26,063 bases of DNA, from positions 1 to 26,063 of the forward strand of contig JBCCQY010000128.1 in NCBI GenBank assembly GCA_039208735.1. The letters run 5' to 3'. Below the pieces are notes generated by a model that worked only from the letters and a program-made list of their open reading frames with translations, made no database searches and had not been told where the DNA came from. The position numbers and the translations under genes are program-made. This stretch comes from Myxococcota bacterium. GTDB lineage: Bacteria; Myxococcota_A; UBA796; GCA-2862545. Position 1 is the first letter of the stretch. Each line of letters begins with the position of its first letter. This document shows, in pieces, positions 7,197 through 16,302 of this stretch.

Positions 7197-8692
7197 CCCT
7201 GACGAACAACGCTCACGACCAGGCCATGACGGCGCTCGTCCGCCCCCCTGACTGGCCCGTGGCCCCGTATCCGAAGACCTACGATCTGGTGGCCATCGGA
7301 GGCGGCACGGGGGGCCTGGTCGCCGCAAGTGGGGCCGGATTGCTTGGCGCAACCACCGCGCTCATTGAACGCGACCGCCTTGGCGGAGATTGCCTCATCC
7401 ACGGCTGCGTGCCATCAAAGGCCTTGCTCCATATGGCTCGACTGGCCCATGACATGCGCCACGCCGACACGTTTGGCATTCACGCCCGCGACGTTCGGGT
7501 CGACTTTGCGGCCGTGATGGACAAGCTCCGGGCCATTCGCGCCGACATTGCGCACGATGACGCGGCCGAAGCGTTGGCGGAGCGCGGGGTGGACGTGCGC
7601 TTCGGAACCGCGGTCTTCACGGGCCGACGCACCCTCGAACTCGACGGACACCCCATCCGGTTCAAGCGGGCGGTCATCGCGACGGGCGGTCGGCCCCGCA
7701 TGCCCGACGTGCCAGGTCTCGCCGAAGTCGCGATGACCAACGAGCGCATTTTCGATCTCACCGAACAACCTGCCAAGCTGCTGGTGTTGGGCGGAGGTCC
7801 CATCGGCTGTGAACTCGCCCAGGCCTTCGCCCGGTTCGGTTCGGAGGTCCTGCTCGTTCAACGCGGAACTCGCCTCGTTCCTGCAGACGATCCGGAAGCA
7901 AGCGCCGTTCTCACCGATGCGCTGCGATCCGAAGGACTCGATGTGCGGTTCGAGACCACGACCACCGCGGTCCGATCGGCGAACGACGGTCGACACGCGG
8001 TGGACCTGCAGGGGCCCGACGGTCCGCTTACCATCGAGGTCGATGCCATCCTCGTGGCCACCGGACGGCAACCCAACGTGGAGTCCCTCGGGCTCGACCG
8101 CGCCGGGGTGGCCTACTCGGAACGCGGCATTCGCGTAGGCGTGGGCCAACGCACCACCAATTCACGCATCTATGCGGTGGGCGATGTGGCCGAGGGTCCC
8201 AACTTCACGCATGCCGCCTACGCCCACGGGGCTCGGGCCACGCTCTCAGCTCTCTTTCCGTTCCGTAGCCGCGAGCCAAGCCCCATGAGCTGGGTCACGT
8301 TCACCGATCCCGAAATCGCGCACGTGGGACTCCGCCACGACGAACTTCAGGCGCTGGGCGCCCGCGTGACCACCGTGCGGCTCGGCTGGGACCACAACGA
8401 TCGAGCTCGGACCGACGGTGACGCTCGCGGCTTTGGCAAGATCCACCTCAAGCGAGGCACTGACCGCATCCTGGCCGCCACGTTCGTAGGTCGAGATGTG
8501 GGCGACCTGATCGGTGAAGTCGCAGTGGCCATGACCACGGGCAAAGGGCTGTCCGCTATCCGCGACACCATCCACCCCTACCCGACCCGCAGTTGGCTCA
8601 CCCGAGACCTCGCGGTCGAGCACAACGTGGCCCGCATCACGCCAGTCCTCCGCCGGGTGTTGCGGACCTGGTTCGATTGGGGATTGTGGTAG
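7193..8692 (+). CDS. FAD-dependent pyridine nucleotide-disulfide oxidoreductase (MerA/LpdA-like, without the MerA C-terminal Cys pair)
   Basis: GGGTGG FAD loop, redox-active GGDCLIHGCVPSK, NAD(P) loop GGGPIGCE, ATGRQPN, YAVGD, and IHPYPT. Confidence 0.92.
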   Translation: MTLTNNAHDQAMTALVRPPDWPVAPYPKTYDLVAIGGGTGGLVAASGAGLLGATTALIERDRLGGDCLIHGCVPSKALLHMARLAHDMRHADTFGIHARDVRVDFAAVMDKLRAIRADIAHDDAAEALAERGVDVRFGTAVFTGRRTLELDGHPIRFKRAVIATGGRPRMPDVPGLAEVAMTNERIFDLTEQPAKLLVLGGGPIGCELAQAFARFGSEVLLVQRGTRLVPADDPEASAVLTDALRSEGLDVRFETTTTAVRSANDGRHAVDLQGPDGPLTIEVDAILVATGRQPNVESLGLDRAGVAYSERGIRVGVGQRTTNSRIYAVGDVAEGPNFTHAAYAHGARATLSALFPFRSREPSPMSWVTFTDPEIAHVGLRHDELQALGARVTTVRLGWDHNDRARTDGDARGFGKIHLKRGTDRILAATFVGRDVGDLIGEVAVAMTTGKGLSAIRDTIHPYPTRSWLTRDLAVEHNVARITPVLRRVLRTWFDWGLW

Positions 8693-8693
8693 G

Positions 8694-10169
8694 TCACGGC
8701 ACCGCGCCGGTCCGCGCGGCGTCTCGGCCCCAAGTGGTCCATCCGACGTAGCGCGCATGTCCGAGGTCCAAGCCAATAAGCCGGCCGTCCGTGGTTCCTG
8801 CGTACAACCAGCCGCCGTCAATGACGGGCTGAGCACGGATGGCGGCGCCCAACGAAAGCTTCCGCTTCACCGTTCCATCTTTGGGCGACAGCTCGAGCAC
8901 CTCTCCCTGAAGCGTCGCCACGAAGATGGAGCCTCCTGCGGCAATGGGTGCGGTGCCCAAGCTTCCGCCTGCCGAAAGGTCGCCGGGCAGTGGGGTAGAC
9001 CACTGACGTTTCCCCGTCTTGGCATCGGTACTTACGACCTCGTTGCCCATCGTCGCGATGTTGCGACCGGCCAGGGCAAGCACTCGCGACCCTTGGAAGC
9101 TCTGCATCGTCGCGACCGTGCCCGCACCAACGACCTTCATGGCCTCGTTGGACTTCGCGGTCGACGGCGCACCGCCCACAAAGCCGTTGCCCGCGTCGAG
9201 GGAAGTGCCTTGCTGGTGAAGCCCGGTCGAGGCTTGGGTTTGCTCGTCGATGTACCGAGCCCGCTTTCGGGCCGCCATCCAGACCTTTTTCTGGTCGGTC
9301 CTGCTCTCTCGAATCACCCCCTCGGCCGCCGCTCCCCCCGCGCTCTCGATCCGTTGGCTGTAGTAGAGGTCGTCCCCTCGCACGACCGGCGCCGACGTGG
9401 CCTTCGCTTGTCGCGCCTGAACGACATCCCCATCCTTGGCCCCAAAGCGGTAAATCGTGCCTGAGAACGTGGTCACGAGAACCTCAACGCCCGCCACGAC
9501 CGGCGCTGAAAGCACATCGCCGTCGATCCAGCGCCGCCACTTCAGCTCGCCCGTCTTCAGATCGAAAGCGCCGAGCGCATGAGAGTGTCCGGGAGGTTGC
9601 CCTTGGACTTGCGACGGCCATGCGACGAACACGAGCCCGTGACCGATCGTGGGGGCGCTCGTCAACGGGTCCCCGAGCCAGTGCGACCATCGGTGCGCTC
9701 CCGTCTTGGCATCGACGGCGAACACCGTGCACGACTCGGTGTTGAATACACACAACCCGCCCTCACATGCGGCGTTCGAAGGGCCATCGTCGTCGAGCGT
9801 GGCCCCCCAAGCGGGTTTTCCGGTGCGTTGATGAACCGCGAAGACCTCATGGCTCGAAAAGCCCCCGCTCACGAACACCAACCCCGCATGGAGCGCCGGC
9901 GTGACGATGGGCGCGCCTGATGGAAAACGAACTTCGAACCTACCGGAGGTCCGCGTGACGGCCAGCGAATCGACGGAGCGTGGGCTCACGTGACCCGGAC
10001 GAAACGCTTTGGGGGCCGCCTGGTAGCGACGGACATCGTTGTAGAGGATCGTCGACTTCGTCACGATCTCTGCGGCATCGCCCGTCGTAGACACCGCTTC
10101 GGAAGACGCGCGTTCGGTCAGGGGATCTCCCCCCATCGCGACGCTGAACAGGATCACCCACGGCACCAT
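8694..10169 (-). CDS. Secreted PQQ-binding-like beta-propeller repeat protein
   Basis: Hydrophobic N-terminus and repeated propeller motifs AVDAKTGAHRW, AFDLKTGELKW, STDAKTGKRQW, with SAP/TAP/AQP blade starts. Confidence 0.85.
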   Translation of the reverse strand: MVPWVILFSVAMGGDPLTERASSEAVSTTGDAAEIVTKSTILYNDVRRYQAAPKAFRPGHVSPRSVDSLAVTRTSGRFEVRFPSGAPIVTPALHAGLVFVSGGFSSHEVFAVHQRTGKPAWGATLDDDGPSNAACEGGLCVFNTESCTVFAVDAKTGAHRWSHWLGDPLTSAPTIGHGLVFVAWPSQVQGQPPGHSHALGAFDLKTGELKWRRWIDGDVLSAPVVAGVEVLVTTFSGTIYRFGAKDGDVVQARQAKATSAPVVRGDDLYYSQRIESAGGAAAEGVIRESRTDQKKVWMAARKRARYIDEQTQASTGLHQQGTSLDAGNGFVGGAPSTAKSNEAMKVVGAGTVATMQSFQGSRVLALAGRNIATMGNEVVSTDAKTGKRQWSTPLPGDLSAGGSLGTAPIAAGGSIFVATLQGEVLELSPKDGTVKRKLSLGAAIRAQPVIDGGWLYAGTTDGRLIGLDLGHARYVGWTTWGRDAARTGAVP

Positions 10170-10268
10170 CGAACCTCCCGGTCATCGCTACGTCGGAGCT
10201 ACATTCCGGGCTCGCGGTTCGTCACGAGATGTCGGTCGGATACAGGGCGTCCCCGTGGAGGGAATCGG

Positions 10269-11192
10269 ATGTCCGAGTCGACCGGGTCCGGGCCGCAAGC
10301 GGTCCTTGAGGCTCTGGAGGCGGCCCGTCGAGCACGCTCCGACGATGAGGCGCGTCACGCGTCTGAAATTGTGGATGTCGACCAAGAAATCGGCAAACTC
10401 GGGCGCGCGATCGACAACCTCGTCGAACAACGCGACGCCCTGGTGGACTATCGAGCCCGCCTGGCGGAGCGCGGGGAGGGCATTCGGCAGGCACGACGGA
10501 CCGACACTCACAACGCGCTGTATGCTTCACTCGAAGCCCAGGCCGAGGCCGTTCATGAGCGGGGAACCGCGATGGAGCAAGCCCAGCCGGATCGGTTGGC
10601 GCTCGTACCGCCTCTCGATGCAACCTTGCAGGCTTTGCTGGCCGAGATCACGACCCACCATGAGGCGCTCGGCCAGGCCCCCGAATCCACCCGCGGTGAA
10701 CTCAAAGGGCAACTCGAAGAAGCCCAGAGGCGGTTCACCGCCCTTCTTCGAGAGCGCACGGAGCCCGAAGCCTTCGAGGGCGCTGCGTTGCCCATCGACA
10801 TCGTCTACTGCGTCGATGCACCCGAAGGAACGCCTGAGTTGCTCGTCGTGCTGTTGCCCGTGCGCGCCTCCATCGACAACCCCCAACAGCTCGCCGATGG
10901 GCTTCCCGCCTGGCTGGCCGCGCGGGTGGGACAGGCGCTGTTTGCGGCGGCGCGAAGCGTCGACTTCGGAGATGCCGATGTGCGCACGGGTCCCGCCCTC
11001 GATCGAGACCTGCTGGACATCGAAGTGGACCTCGCCACCGCGCCTGCGGGCTTTGTGACCGCATTCAAGGACGACTTGGCCCGCCATCTCGGCGCCGCAC
11101 CAGAACTCCAGGCCGCCAAGGTCGAGGTGCGTGTATCGGAAGTCGAAGCCGACATCGTCTTTCCTCCCGACCCGGAGCCCAAGGATGGCTGA
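10269..11192 (+). CDS. Hypothetical protein with an N-terminal coiled coil and a C-terminal alpha/beta domain
   Basis: GGAGGG RBS before ATG10269. Heptad-like helices rich in E/R/A/L. The stop overlaps the next gene. Confidence 0.75.
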   Translation: MSESTGSGPQAVLEALEAARRARSDDEARHASEIVDVDQEIGKLGRAIDNLVEQRDALVDYRARLAERGEGIRQARRTDTHNALYASLEAQAEAVHERGTAMEQAQPDRLALVPPLDATLQALLAEITTHHEALGQAPESTRGELKGQLEEAQRRFTALLRERTEPEAFEGAALPIDIVYCVDAPEGTPELLVVLLPVRASIDNPQQLADGLPAWLAARVGQALFAAARSVDFGDADVRTGPALDRDLLDIEVDLATAPAGFVTAFKDDLARHLGAAPELQAAKVEVRVSEVEADIVFPPDPEPKDG

Positions 11193-11688
11193 TCTCCTTG
11201 CGGACCTTCGCCTGCGCTCGCTCGCAGAGGTGTGCCGCCAGCTCGACCTAGGGCCCATCGAGGTGGCTCGGTTGTGCGGCCTCGCCGAGGTCGATCCTCC
11301 GTCGGGCTGGGCGTTCGACAAACCAACACTGGCCCGCATCACCGAGGTTGGTGGGGTCGACGCTCCTTGGCCTCACGATCCGACCCCAGGGGCAATGAGC
11401 CGGGTGCGCGCGATCTTGCTCGAACTTGTCGTTCGAGGATTCAGCGGGGATCGACCTACCCGAATCGACAATACGTGGCGAGGCCTTCCCCGCTCGGAAC
11501 AGCACATGCTCGCCGTTGCATTCGCCACCCTGGCGGAACTCGGTTGGGTGATTCTTGCGTCGCGCCCGGAAGGCGAAGTGGTTGCAGTCGCGGCCGACCC
11601 TCCTGAACCGTTACAAGCCTTCCTCGACGGCAGGGAGCCACCGGAGGCGCTCGCCGAAACGCTCGCCACTTTGGTGGAAGATCGATGA
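11185..11688 (+). CDS. Hypothetical protein, possible HTH plus winged-helix
   Basis: ATG11185 overlaps the upstream gene. SLAEVCRQLDLGPIEVARL is HTH-like, and RVRAILLELV...TRIDNTWRGLP...L.ELGWV...EVVAV is wHTH-like. Confidence 0.7.
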   Translation: MADLLADLRLRSLAEVCRQLDLGPIEVARLCGLAEVDPPSGWAFDKPTLARITEVGGVDAPWPHDPTPGAMSRVRAILLELVVRGFSGDRPTRIDNTWRGLPRSEQHMLAVAFATLAELGWVILASRPEGEVVAVAADPPEPLQAFLDGREPPEALAETLATLVEDR

Positions 11689-12959
11689 CGCGCAAGCGCC
11701 GTAGCCTCATCCGACCCCGCACCGCAGCCCCAAAGGTGCCACTCGAAGACTCGGATGCCCCGACCGAAGTCGAAGACCCTCCTGCGGAACCCGAGACTCC
11801 CGCGCTGGAGGCCCTCTCCGAAAAGCCGGTTCCGGTCCCCGAGGACGAGGAGGCCACCCTGAAGGTCCAGGTGGACGAGGCGTTGGAACCGCCGAGCCTG
11901 GACGCTCCGGTCGATCCGACCGATGCGCCTCCGCCGCCGGTGATCCCCGAATCCGCCGAAGCGCCTCCTCCCCCAACGCCAGCGCGGAACGCCTTTCCGT
12001 CGATGCCTCCGGTGGTGCTAAGCCCCATTCCCGAACCCTCCGAGGTCATCTCGGCGCCCGAGGACGGACTCGCCGCCGTGGCGATCCCGCTGGCGGACGC
12101 CCCCTACAAAGACGAGGTGGGCGAGGGCGATGACTACGCGGACATGGAACGAGATGCCCCCCCGACGGAGGACCATCCCCTCTCGATCGCGCGCGCGGTC
12201 CACGGCGCCCACTACGACGCGGCCTACACGGTGCCTCAGGTTCCCGAGACGCTCCGTCGCTTCGACGCAGTGAGCGGCAGCGGTTCGTTCGCCGGCTCCG
12301 TCGAACCGGCGATTCGCATGCCGGATCCTCCTCCGTTGTCCGCGCCCGGACCGGATCGCAGTGAGCCCTCGCTTCCCGACGTGCGATTCGACCCCTCGGT
12401 GGCTCCCCCTCCGGCGGGCGGGGTGCCCTGGATCGCCCTGGGCCTGATCGTCTTGTTCGGCATCGGCGTCGCGGCGGTAGCGCTCACCGTGGTTGAACCA
12501 GAACCTCGCGGGGTGCCCGACCTCGGCCTGGGCGCGGCTCCGACCGAGGCACCGGCCGACGCAGCGCCTCCCACGCCCATCGAGGAATCCCCGGTGGAGG
12601 CCTCGCCCGAACCCGCGTCTCGACCCGCCGTAGATCCGGAGCCTCCGGTGCCCGAGGCCCCCGCTCCCTTGCCCACCCCCGAAGCGGCCCCAGAGGAGGC
12701 GGCGGTGGTGGCGGCCCCCGTAGAGGGGGAAGCCGAGGCCGATCCGGCTCCCGAGCCAGGCTCCCTTCGCATCCGCAGCAACAAGAAGGCGTGGGTGTCG
12801 ATCGACGGCAAGCCGGTAGGCCTGACCCCCAAGACGGTTGAGGTCCCCCCGGGCCCTCACACGATCACCGTGGTTCAACCCGGTCAGCCCGACACTCGCC
12901 AGACGCGCACCGTCGAAGCCCGGTCGGGCAAGACCGATTCGGTGCGGTTCGCGTTCTAA
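11685..12959 (+). CDS. Single-pass membrane protein with Pro/Glu-rich disordered regions and a C-terminal PEGA domain
   Basis: TM WIALGLIVLFGIGVAAVAL and PEGA motif GSLRIRSN..AWVSIDGKPVGLTP..VEVPPGPHTITV. ATGA overlap with the upstream gene. Confidence 0.88.
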   Translation: MTRKRRSLIRPRTAAPKVPLEDSDAPTEVEDPPAEPETPALEALSEKPVPVPEDEEATLKVQVDEALEPPSLDAPVDPTDAPPPPVIPESAEAPPPPTPARNAFPSMPPVVLSPIPEPSEVISAPEDGLAAVAIPLADAPYKDEVGEGDDYADMERDAPPTEDHPLSIARAVHGAHYDAAYTVPQVPETLRRFDAVSGSGSFAGSVEPAIRMPDPPPLSAPGPDRSEPSLPDVRFDPSVAPPPAGGVPWIALGLIVLFGIGVAAVALTVVEPEPRGVPDLGLGAAPTEAPADAAPPTPIEESPVEASPEPASRPAVDPEPPVPEAPAPLPTPEAAPEEAAVVAAPVEGEAEADPAPEPGSLRIRSNKKAWVSIDGKPVGLTPKTVEVPPGPHTITVVQPGQPDTRQTRTVEARSGKTDSVRFAF

Positions 12960-13627
12960 ACCGGCCGCGGGCCGAAGATCGCGGTGCCGATGCGCACGTG
13001 CGTTGCACCGTAGCGCACGGCGACCTCGAAGTCGCCGCTCATCCCCATCGACAACTCCTCCAACGCGAACCCCGCCCGACGCCCGGCCAGCGCCAGATCG
13101 GCGAGCTGCTCGAAGTACGGTGCCGCCTCGTCCGGATGGTCGACGCGCGGTGGAAGCGTCATCAGCCCCGTGAGTTCAAATCCCTCGACTGCAGCAAGTT
13201 CAGCGCAGGCCGTAGGGACGTGTTCGGGCGGAACACCACTCTTGGAATCTTCGTCGCCCAGATTCACCGCCAGCATGCCCCTCACCAGCCCCGGCGCTCG
13301 GCGTACCAAGGCCTCGACCTGACGATGAGAAGTCAGCGCATGAACGCGATGGGCGACTGGCGCGATGTACTTGGCCTTGTTGGTCTGCAGACGACCGATG
13401 AAGTGCCATCGCACACCGTCGTCTAGGACTGCGGCCTTGTCGCGAAGTTCCTGGGCGTAGCTCTCTCCAAAGTCGACCTGCCCCGCGTGCAGCGCCTCGG
13501 CAAGACGATCCGCCGGGTGGACCTTCGACACCGCGACCAAGGTGACCTCACTCGGATCGCGCCCTGCGGCCGCACATGCATCGCCCAACCGCCGGCGAAC
13601 ATCAGCGAGGCGTTCGGCGGTCGTCAC
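12956..13627 (-). CDS. yggS: YggS-family pyridoxal phosphate homeostasis protein
   Basis: LVAVSK (PLP lysine), FGESYAQE, WHFIGRLQTNK, GLMT, LSMGMSGD, VRIGTAIFG. Confidence 0.97.
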   Translation of the reverse strand: MTTAERLADVRRRLGDACAAAGRDPSEVTLVAVSKVHPADRLAEALHAGQVDFGESYAQELRDKAAVLDDGVRWHFIGRLQTNKAKYIAPVAHRVHALTSHRQVEALVRRAPGLVRGMLAVNLGDEDSKSGVPPEHVPTACAELAAVEGFELTGLMTLPPRVDHPDEAAPYFEQLADLALAGRRAGFALEELSMGMSGDFEVAVRYGATHVRIGTAIFGPRPV

Positions 13628-14193
13628 GCGCGCTCCACACCAGCCCGAGCCAGGGCCTCCACGGTGGGCTCGAGCGGCAGCCCCACCACGTTCGTCCAGG
13701 ACCCCTGAAGCTCCGCCACAAACACCCCGCCCCCGCTCTGGATGCCGTAGGCGCCTGCCTTGTCATCGGCATCACCCGTGGCGAGGTACCGATCGATCTC
13801 GCTGTCGAGCAGGGTCCTCAACCGCACGCGCGTGCTTACGGTAAACGCGTCGTGCGACGTCCCGTGGCGCACACACACGCCGGTGGTGACGGCATGCCAG
13901 CCACCGGACATGGCCCTTAGGTGGGCACGTGCTTCGTCCCGCGACGTGGGCTTGTCGTAGATCGCATCGCCCGCGTGGACCACCGTATCGGCGGCAAGGA
14001 CCACCCAACCCGCATCGGCATCGGCGGCATGGGCCTTGTCGACGGCCAGCCGACGCGCATGGGCCACCGGGTCATCGCCCGGACGACGCGTCTCATCGAT
14101 GCCCGTAGGCCGAGCCTCAAACACGTAGCCAAGGGCGGTCAGCAGCTCACGGCGTCGAGGAGACCCGCTAGCGAGCCAGAGCTCCGGCGTCAT
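13624..14193 (-). CDS. maf: Maf-family nucleoside triphosphate pyrophosphatase (YhdE-like)
   Basis: LASGSPRRRELL, IDE, AADTVV, KP, H.V.TGV, DKAGAYGIQ, NVVGLP. Confidence 0.96.
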   Translation of the reverse strand: MTPELWLASGSPRRRELLTALGYVFEARPTGIDETRRPGDDPVAHARRLAVDKAHAADADAGWVVLAADTVVHAGDAIYDKPTSRDEARAHLRAMSGGWHAVTTGVCVRHGTSHDAFTVSTRVRLRTLLDSEIDRYLATGDADDKAGAYGIQSGGGVFVAELQGSWTNVVGLPLEPTVEALARAGVERA

Positions 14194-14681
14194 GATCGGC
14201 GCCCCGCCTCGATGTGCTGCCGATGGGCAAGGCGATCGGCACGCCGCCGCTCCGCCTCGTGGTAGCGCCGAATCTCGACGTCGCTCTGGGGAACGAGTTG
14301 GGGCACTTCCGTGGGCCGCAAGGCTTCATCAACCGCCACAAACGTGAGGTACGCCGCCGACGTATGGTTGCGAACCCCATCCTCGGGGCACTCTTCTTCA
14401 ACCCGAACCCCGACTTCCATCGAGGTTCGCCCTGACCAATTCACCGTCGCCTGCAGAACCGCGATGTTGCCTCGTCGAATGGGTGCTTTGAAGACGATTT
14501 GGTCCATCGCAGCGGTGACCACTTGCCCCCCAACGAATCGACGGGCCGCGACCGCGGCGCAAATGTCGACCCAGCTGCACACCTTGCCGCCAAATGCGGT
14601 GCCGAGCGCATTGCAGTCGCCCGGCATGACGATCCACGTCATCTCACAACGTGTGGCCGAGGGGTGAACGATTCGCCTCAT
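14190..14681 (-). CDS. Acyl-CoA thioesterase (hotdog fold, YciA family)
   Basis: VMPGDCNALGTAFGG...D, VVTA, and GRTSMEVGVRV...AYLTFVAVD. The exact start is uncertain, and the long upstream extension in the ORF track is a shadow of the LRR gene. Confidence 0.92.
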   Translation of the reverse strand: MRRIVHPSATRCEMTWIVMPGDCNALGTAFGGKVCSWVDICAAVAARRFVGGQVVTAAMDQIVFKAPIRRGNIAVLQATVNWSGRTSMEVGVRVEEECPEDGVRNHTSAAYLTFVAVDEALRPTEVPQLVPQSDVEIRRYHEAERRRADRLAHRQHIEAGRRS

Positions 14682-14781
14682 GGGTCCGATCCTCGAAGGG
14701 GTGGCGGACGTCCGTATCCCGCCGCGACGAGGGCTCGAGGCTTTCGTTACGATGAACGCTTGCGAGCCGCGGAGGACCCGC

Positions 14782-16302
14782 TTGGAGCCCATCCACGTCA
14801 TCGCTCGGCGGCTGTACCAGACGCCTGACGACGAAGCCACGTGGCTGGTGTTTGCGGATGCGTTGCTCGATCGAGGGGACGCACGAGGCGAGTGGCTCAC
14901 GCTGCAGCATCGGTGGACCGACCCTTCGCTCACCGGCCGCCAACGGCTCGCCATCGAGCGGCGCATGCGCGAAACCGCACCGCCCAGCGAGGAAGAACTG
15001 CTCGAAGAACTCGACATGCACGCCATGTGGTGGGTCATCAACGTCCACCTCGCGCGGGGCTTCATCCTCGGCCTGACCCTCGCCTGGCGGCCCATGCTTA
15101 CGCTGGAATGCCTCGATCGAGTCGCCGCCCATCCCGCCGGGCAGCTCTGGACGGCGCTGTCGATCAGTGGCCTCGATGCGCAAGCCACGGCACGCTTAGC
15201 CACGAGCCCCACCCTACGCGACCGTGCGATGCTCGACGTCGCGCAACCGAAGTCGTTCTTGGCACGAATGGGCCCCCCCGGTGCGCGCACGCTGGCCACC
15301 ACCTCCCGCCTCGCCCGTCTCGACACCCTTCACATCGGGGGCAACGACATCGGAGCCACCGGTGCGCTTTCGTTGGTCGGATCGGACCAGCTCCAAGCGT
15401 TGCGCACCCTCGACCTTGCGGCAAACGCCCTCGATGATCCGGGGATGATCGAGCTTGCGGGCTGCTCGGGGCTACAACGCCTGGTCACGCTGGGGCTCGC
15501 TGACAATCCGATCGGACCCCGGGGACTTCAAGCGCTTCTTGCCTCACCGTGGACCACCGCCCTTGAGCGCCTCGATCTGCGCGGCACCTCGCTAACCGCG
15601 CGGAGCGCCGAGGCCTGGGCCCATCTTCAAGCCACGGGCCTGCGTACGTTGCTGTTGGATGAGACCCAGCTCAAAGCCAAGGGTGTGGCTGGACTTGCCG
15701 CCGCACCGGCCCTGTCCCATGTCCAGCACCTGTCGCTGGCGGGCAATGAACTTGAAGACGCCGGAGCCACCGCGATTAGCGAGGCCCGTGACCCGATGGC
15801 CCTGCGGCACCTCGACCTGTCCCACAACCACATTGGGCCCCGGGGCATGACCTCGTTGCTCCGCGCGGGCCGTGCCCAACAGCTGCGAACGCTGGTGTTG
15901 GACCACAATCGCATCGGTCCTCGGGGGCTTCGAGCCCGCCCTTCGACCGCCTTCATCGGCATCGAGGACCTTCGTTTGGCCAGCAATGGACTCGGCGATA
16001 GCGGCGTTCAATCCTTGGCTCGCTGGCCCTTCACTCGCCTACGCTCGCTGAAGCTCCACCGCAATCACATCGGCGATGCAGCCGCCATCGCCTTGGCGCG
16101 CTCGACGCATCTGGGCTCGCTCACCCACCTCGACCTGCGAGACAACGACATCACCGACAAGGGGGCCGTCGCGCTGGCGAATGCCCAATCCCTGGGCAAC
16201 CTCGTCCAACTCGATCTCCGCCAGAACCGGGTCGGGCCTCGGGGGGTGCGTGCCATCGAGCGCTCGGGGCGCCTCACCGCGTTGAGCCGGTTTCGCCGTT
16301 AG
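14782..16302 (+). CDS. TIGR02996-like domain plus about 12 leucine-rich repeats (26-27 aa)
   Basis: N-terminal PDDEATWLVFADALLDRGDARGEWLTLQ, RGFI, then repeats of LxxLxLxxNxIGxxGxxxL. The start is TTG14782 after GGAGG, or ATG14752. Confidence 0.88.
   Translation: MEPIHVIARRLYQTPDDEATWLVFADALLDRGDARGEWLTLQHRWTDPSLTGRQRLAIERRMRETAPPSEEELLEELDMHAMWWVINVHLARGFILGLTLAWRPMLTLECLDRVAAHPAGQLWTALSISGLDAQATARLATSPTLRDRAMLDVAQPKSFLARMGPPGARTLATTSRLARLDTLHIGGNDIGATGALSLVGSDQLQALRTLDLAANALDDPGMIELAGCSGLQRLVTLGLADNPIGPRGLQALLASPWTTALERLDLRGTSLTARSAEAWAHLQATGLRTLLLDETQLKAKGVAGLAAAPALSHVQHLSLAGNELEDAGATAISEARDPMALRHLDLSHNHIGPRGMTSLLRAGRAQQLRTLVLDHNRIGPRGLRARPSTAFIGIEDLRLASNGLGDSGVQSLARWPFTRLRSLKLHRNHIGDAAAIALARSTHLGSLTHLDLRDNDITDKGAVALANAQSLGNLVQLDLRQNRVGPRGVRAIERSGRLTALSRFRR

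Noticed and set aside
7193..8692. merA assignment
   Set aside because: There is no C-terminal Cys-Cys pair, no NmerA domain and no mer gene nearby.
8694..10169. bamB or PQQ dehydrogenase assignment
   Set aside because: There is no lipobox or bamB gene context and no clear quinoprotein catalytic motif. Only the propeller repeat is supported.
11700..12760. Pro/Glu/Ala-rich repetitive DNA as a repeat array
   Set aside because: It is low-complexity protein linker coding with no regular nucleotide repeat unit.
14682..15326. Apparent long N-terminal extension of the thioesterase, including a poly-Ser run
   Set aside because: It is antisense to the TIGR02996-LRR gene, and the poly-Ser run mirrors EEELLEELD.
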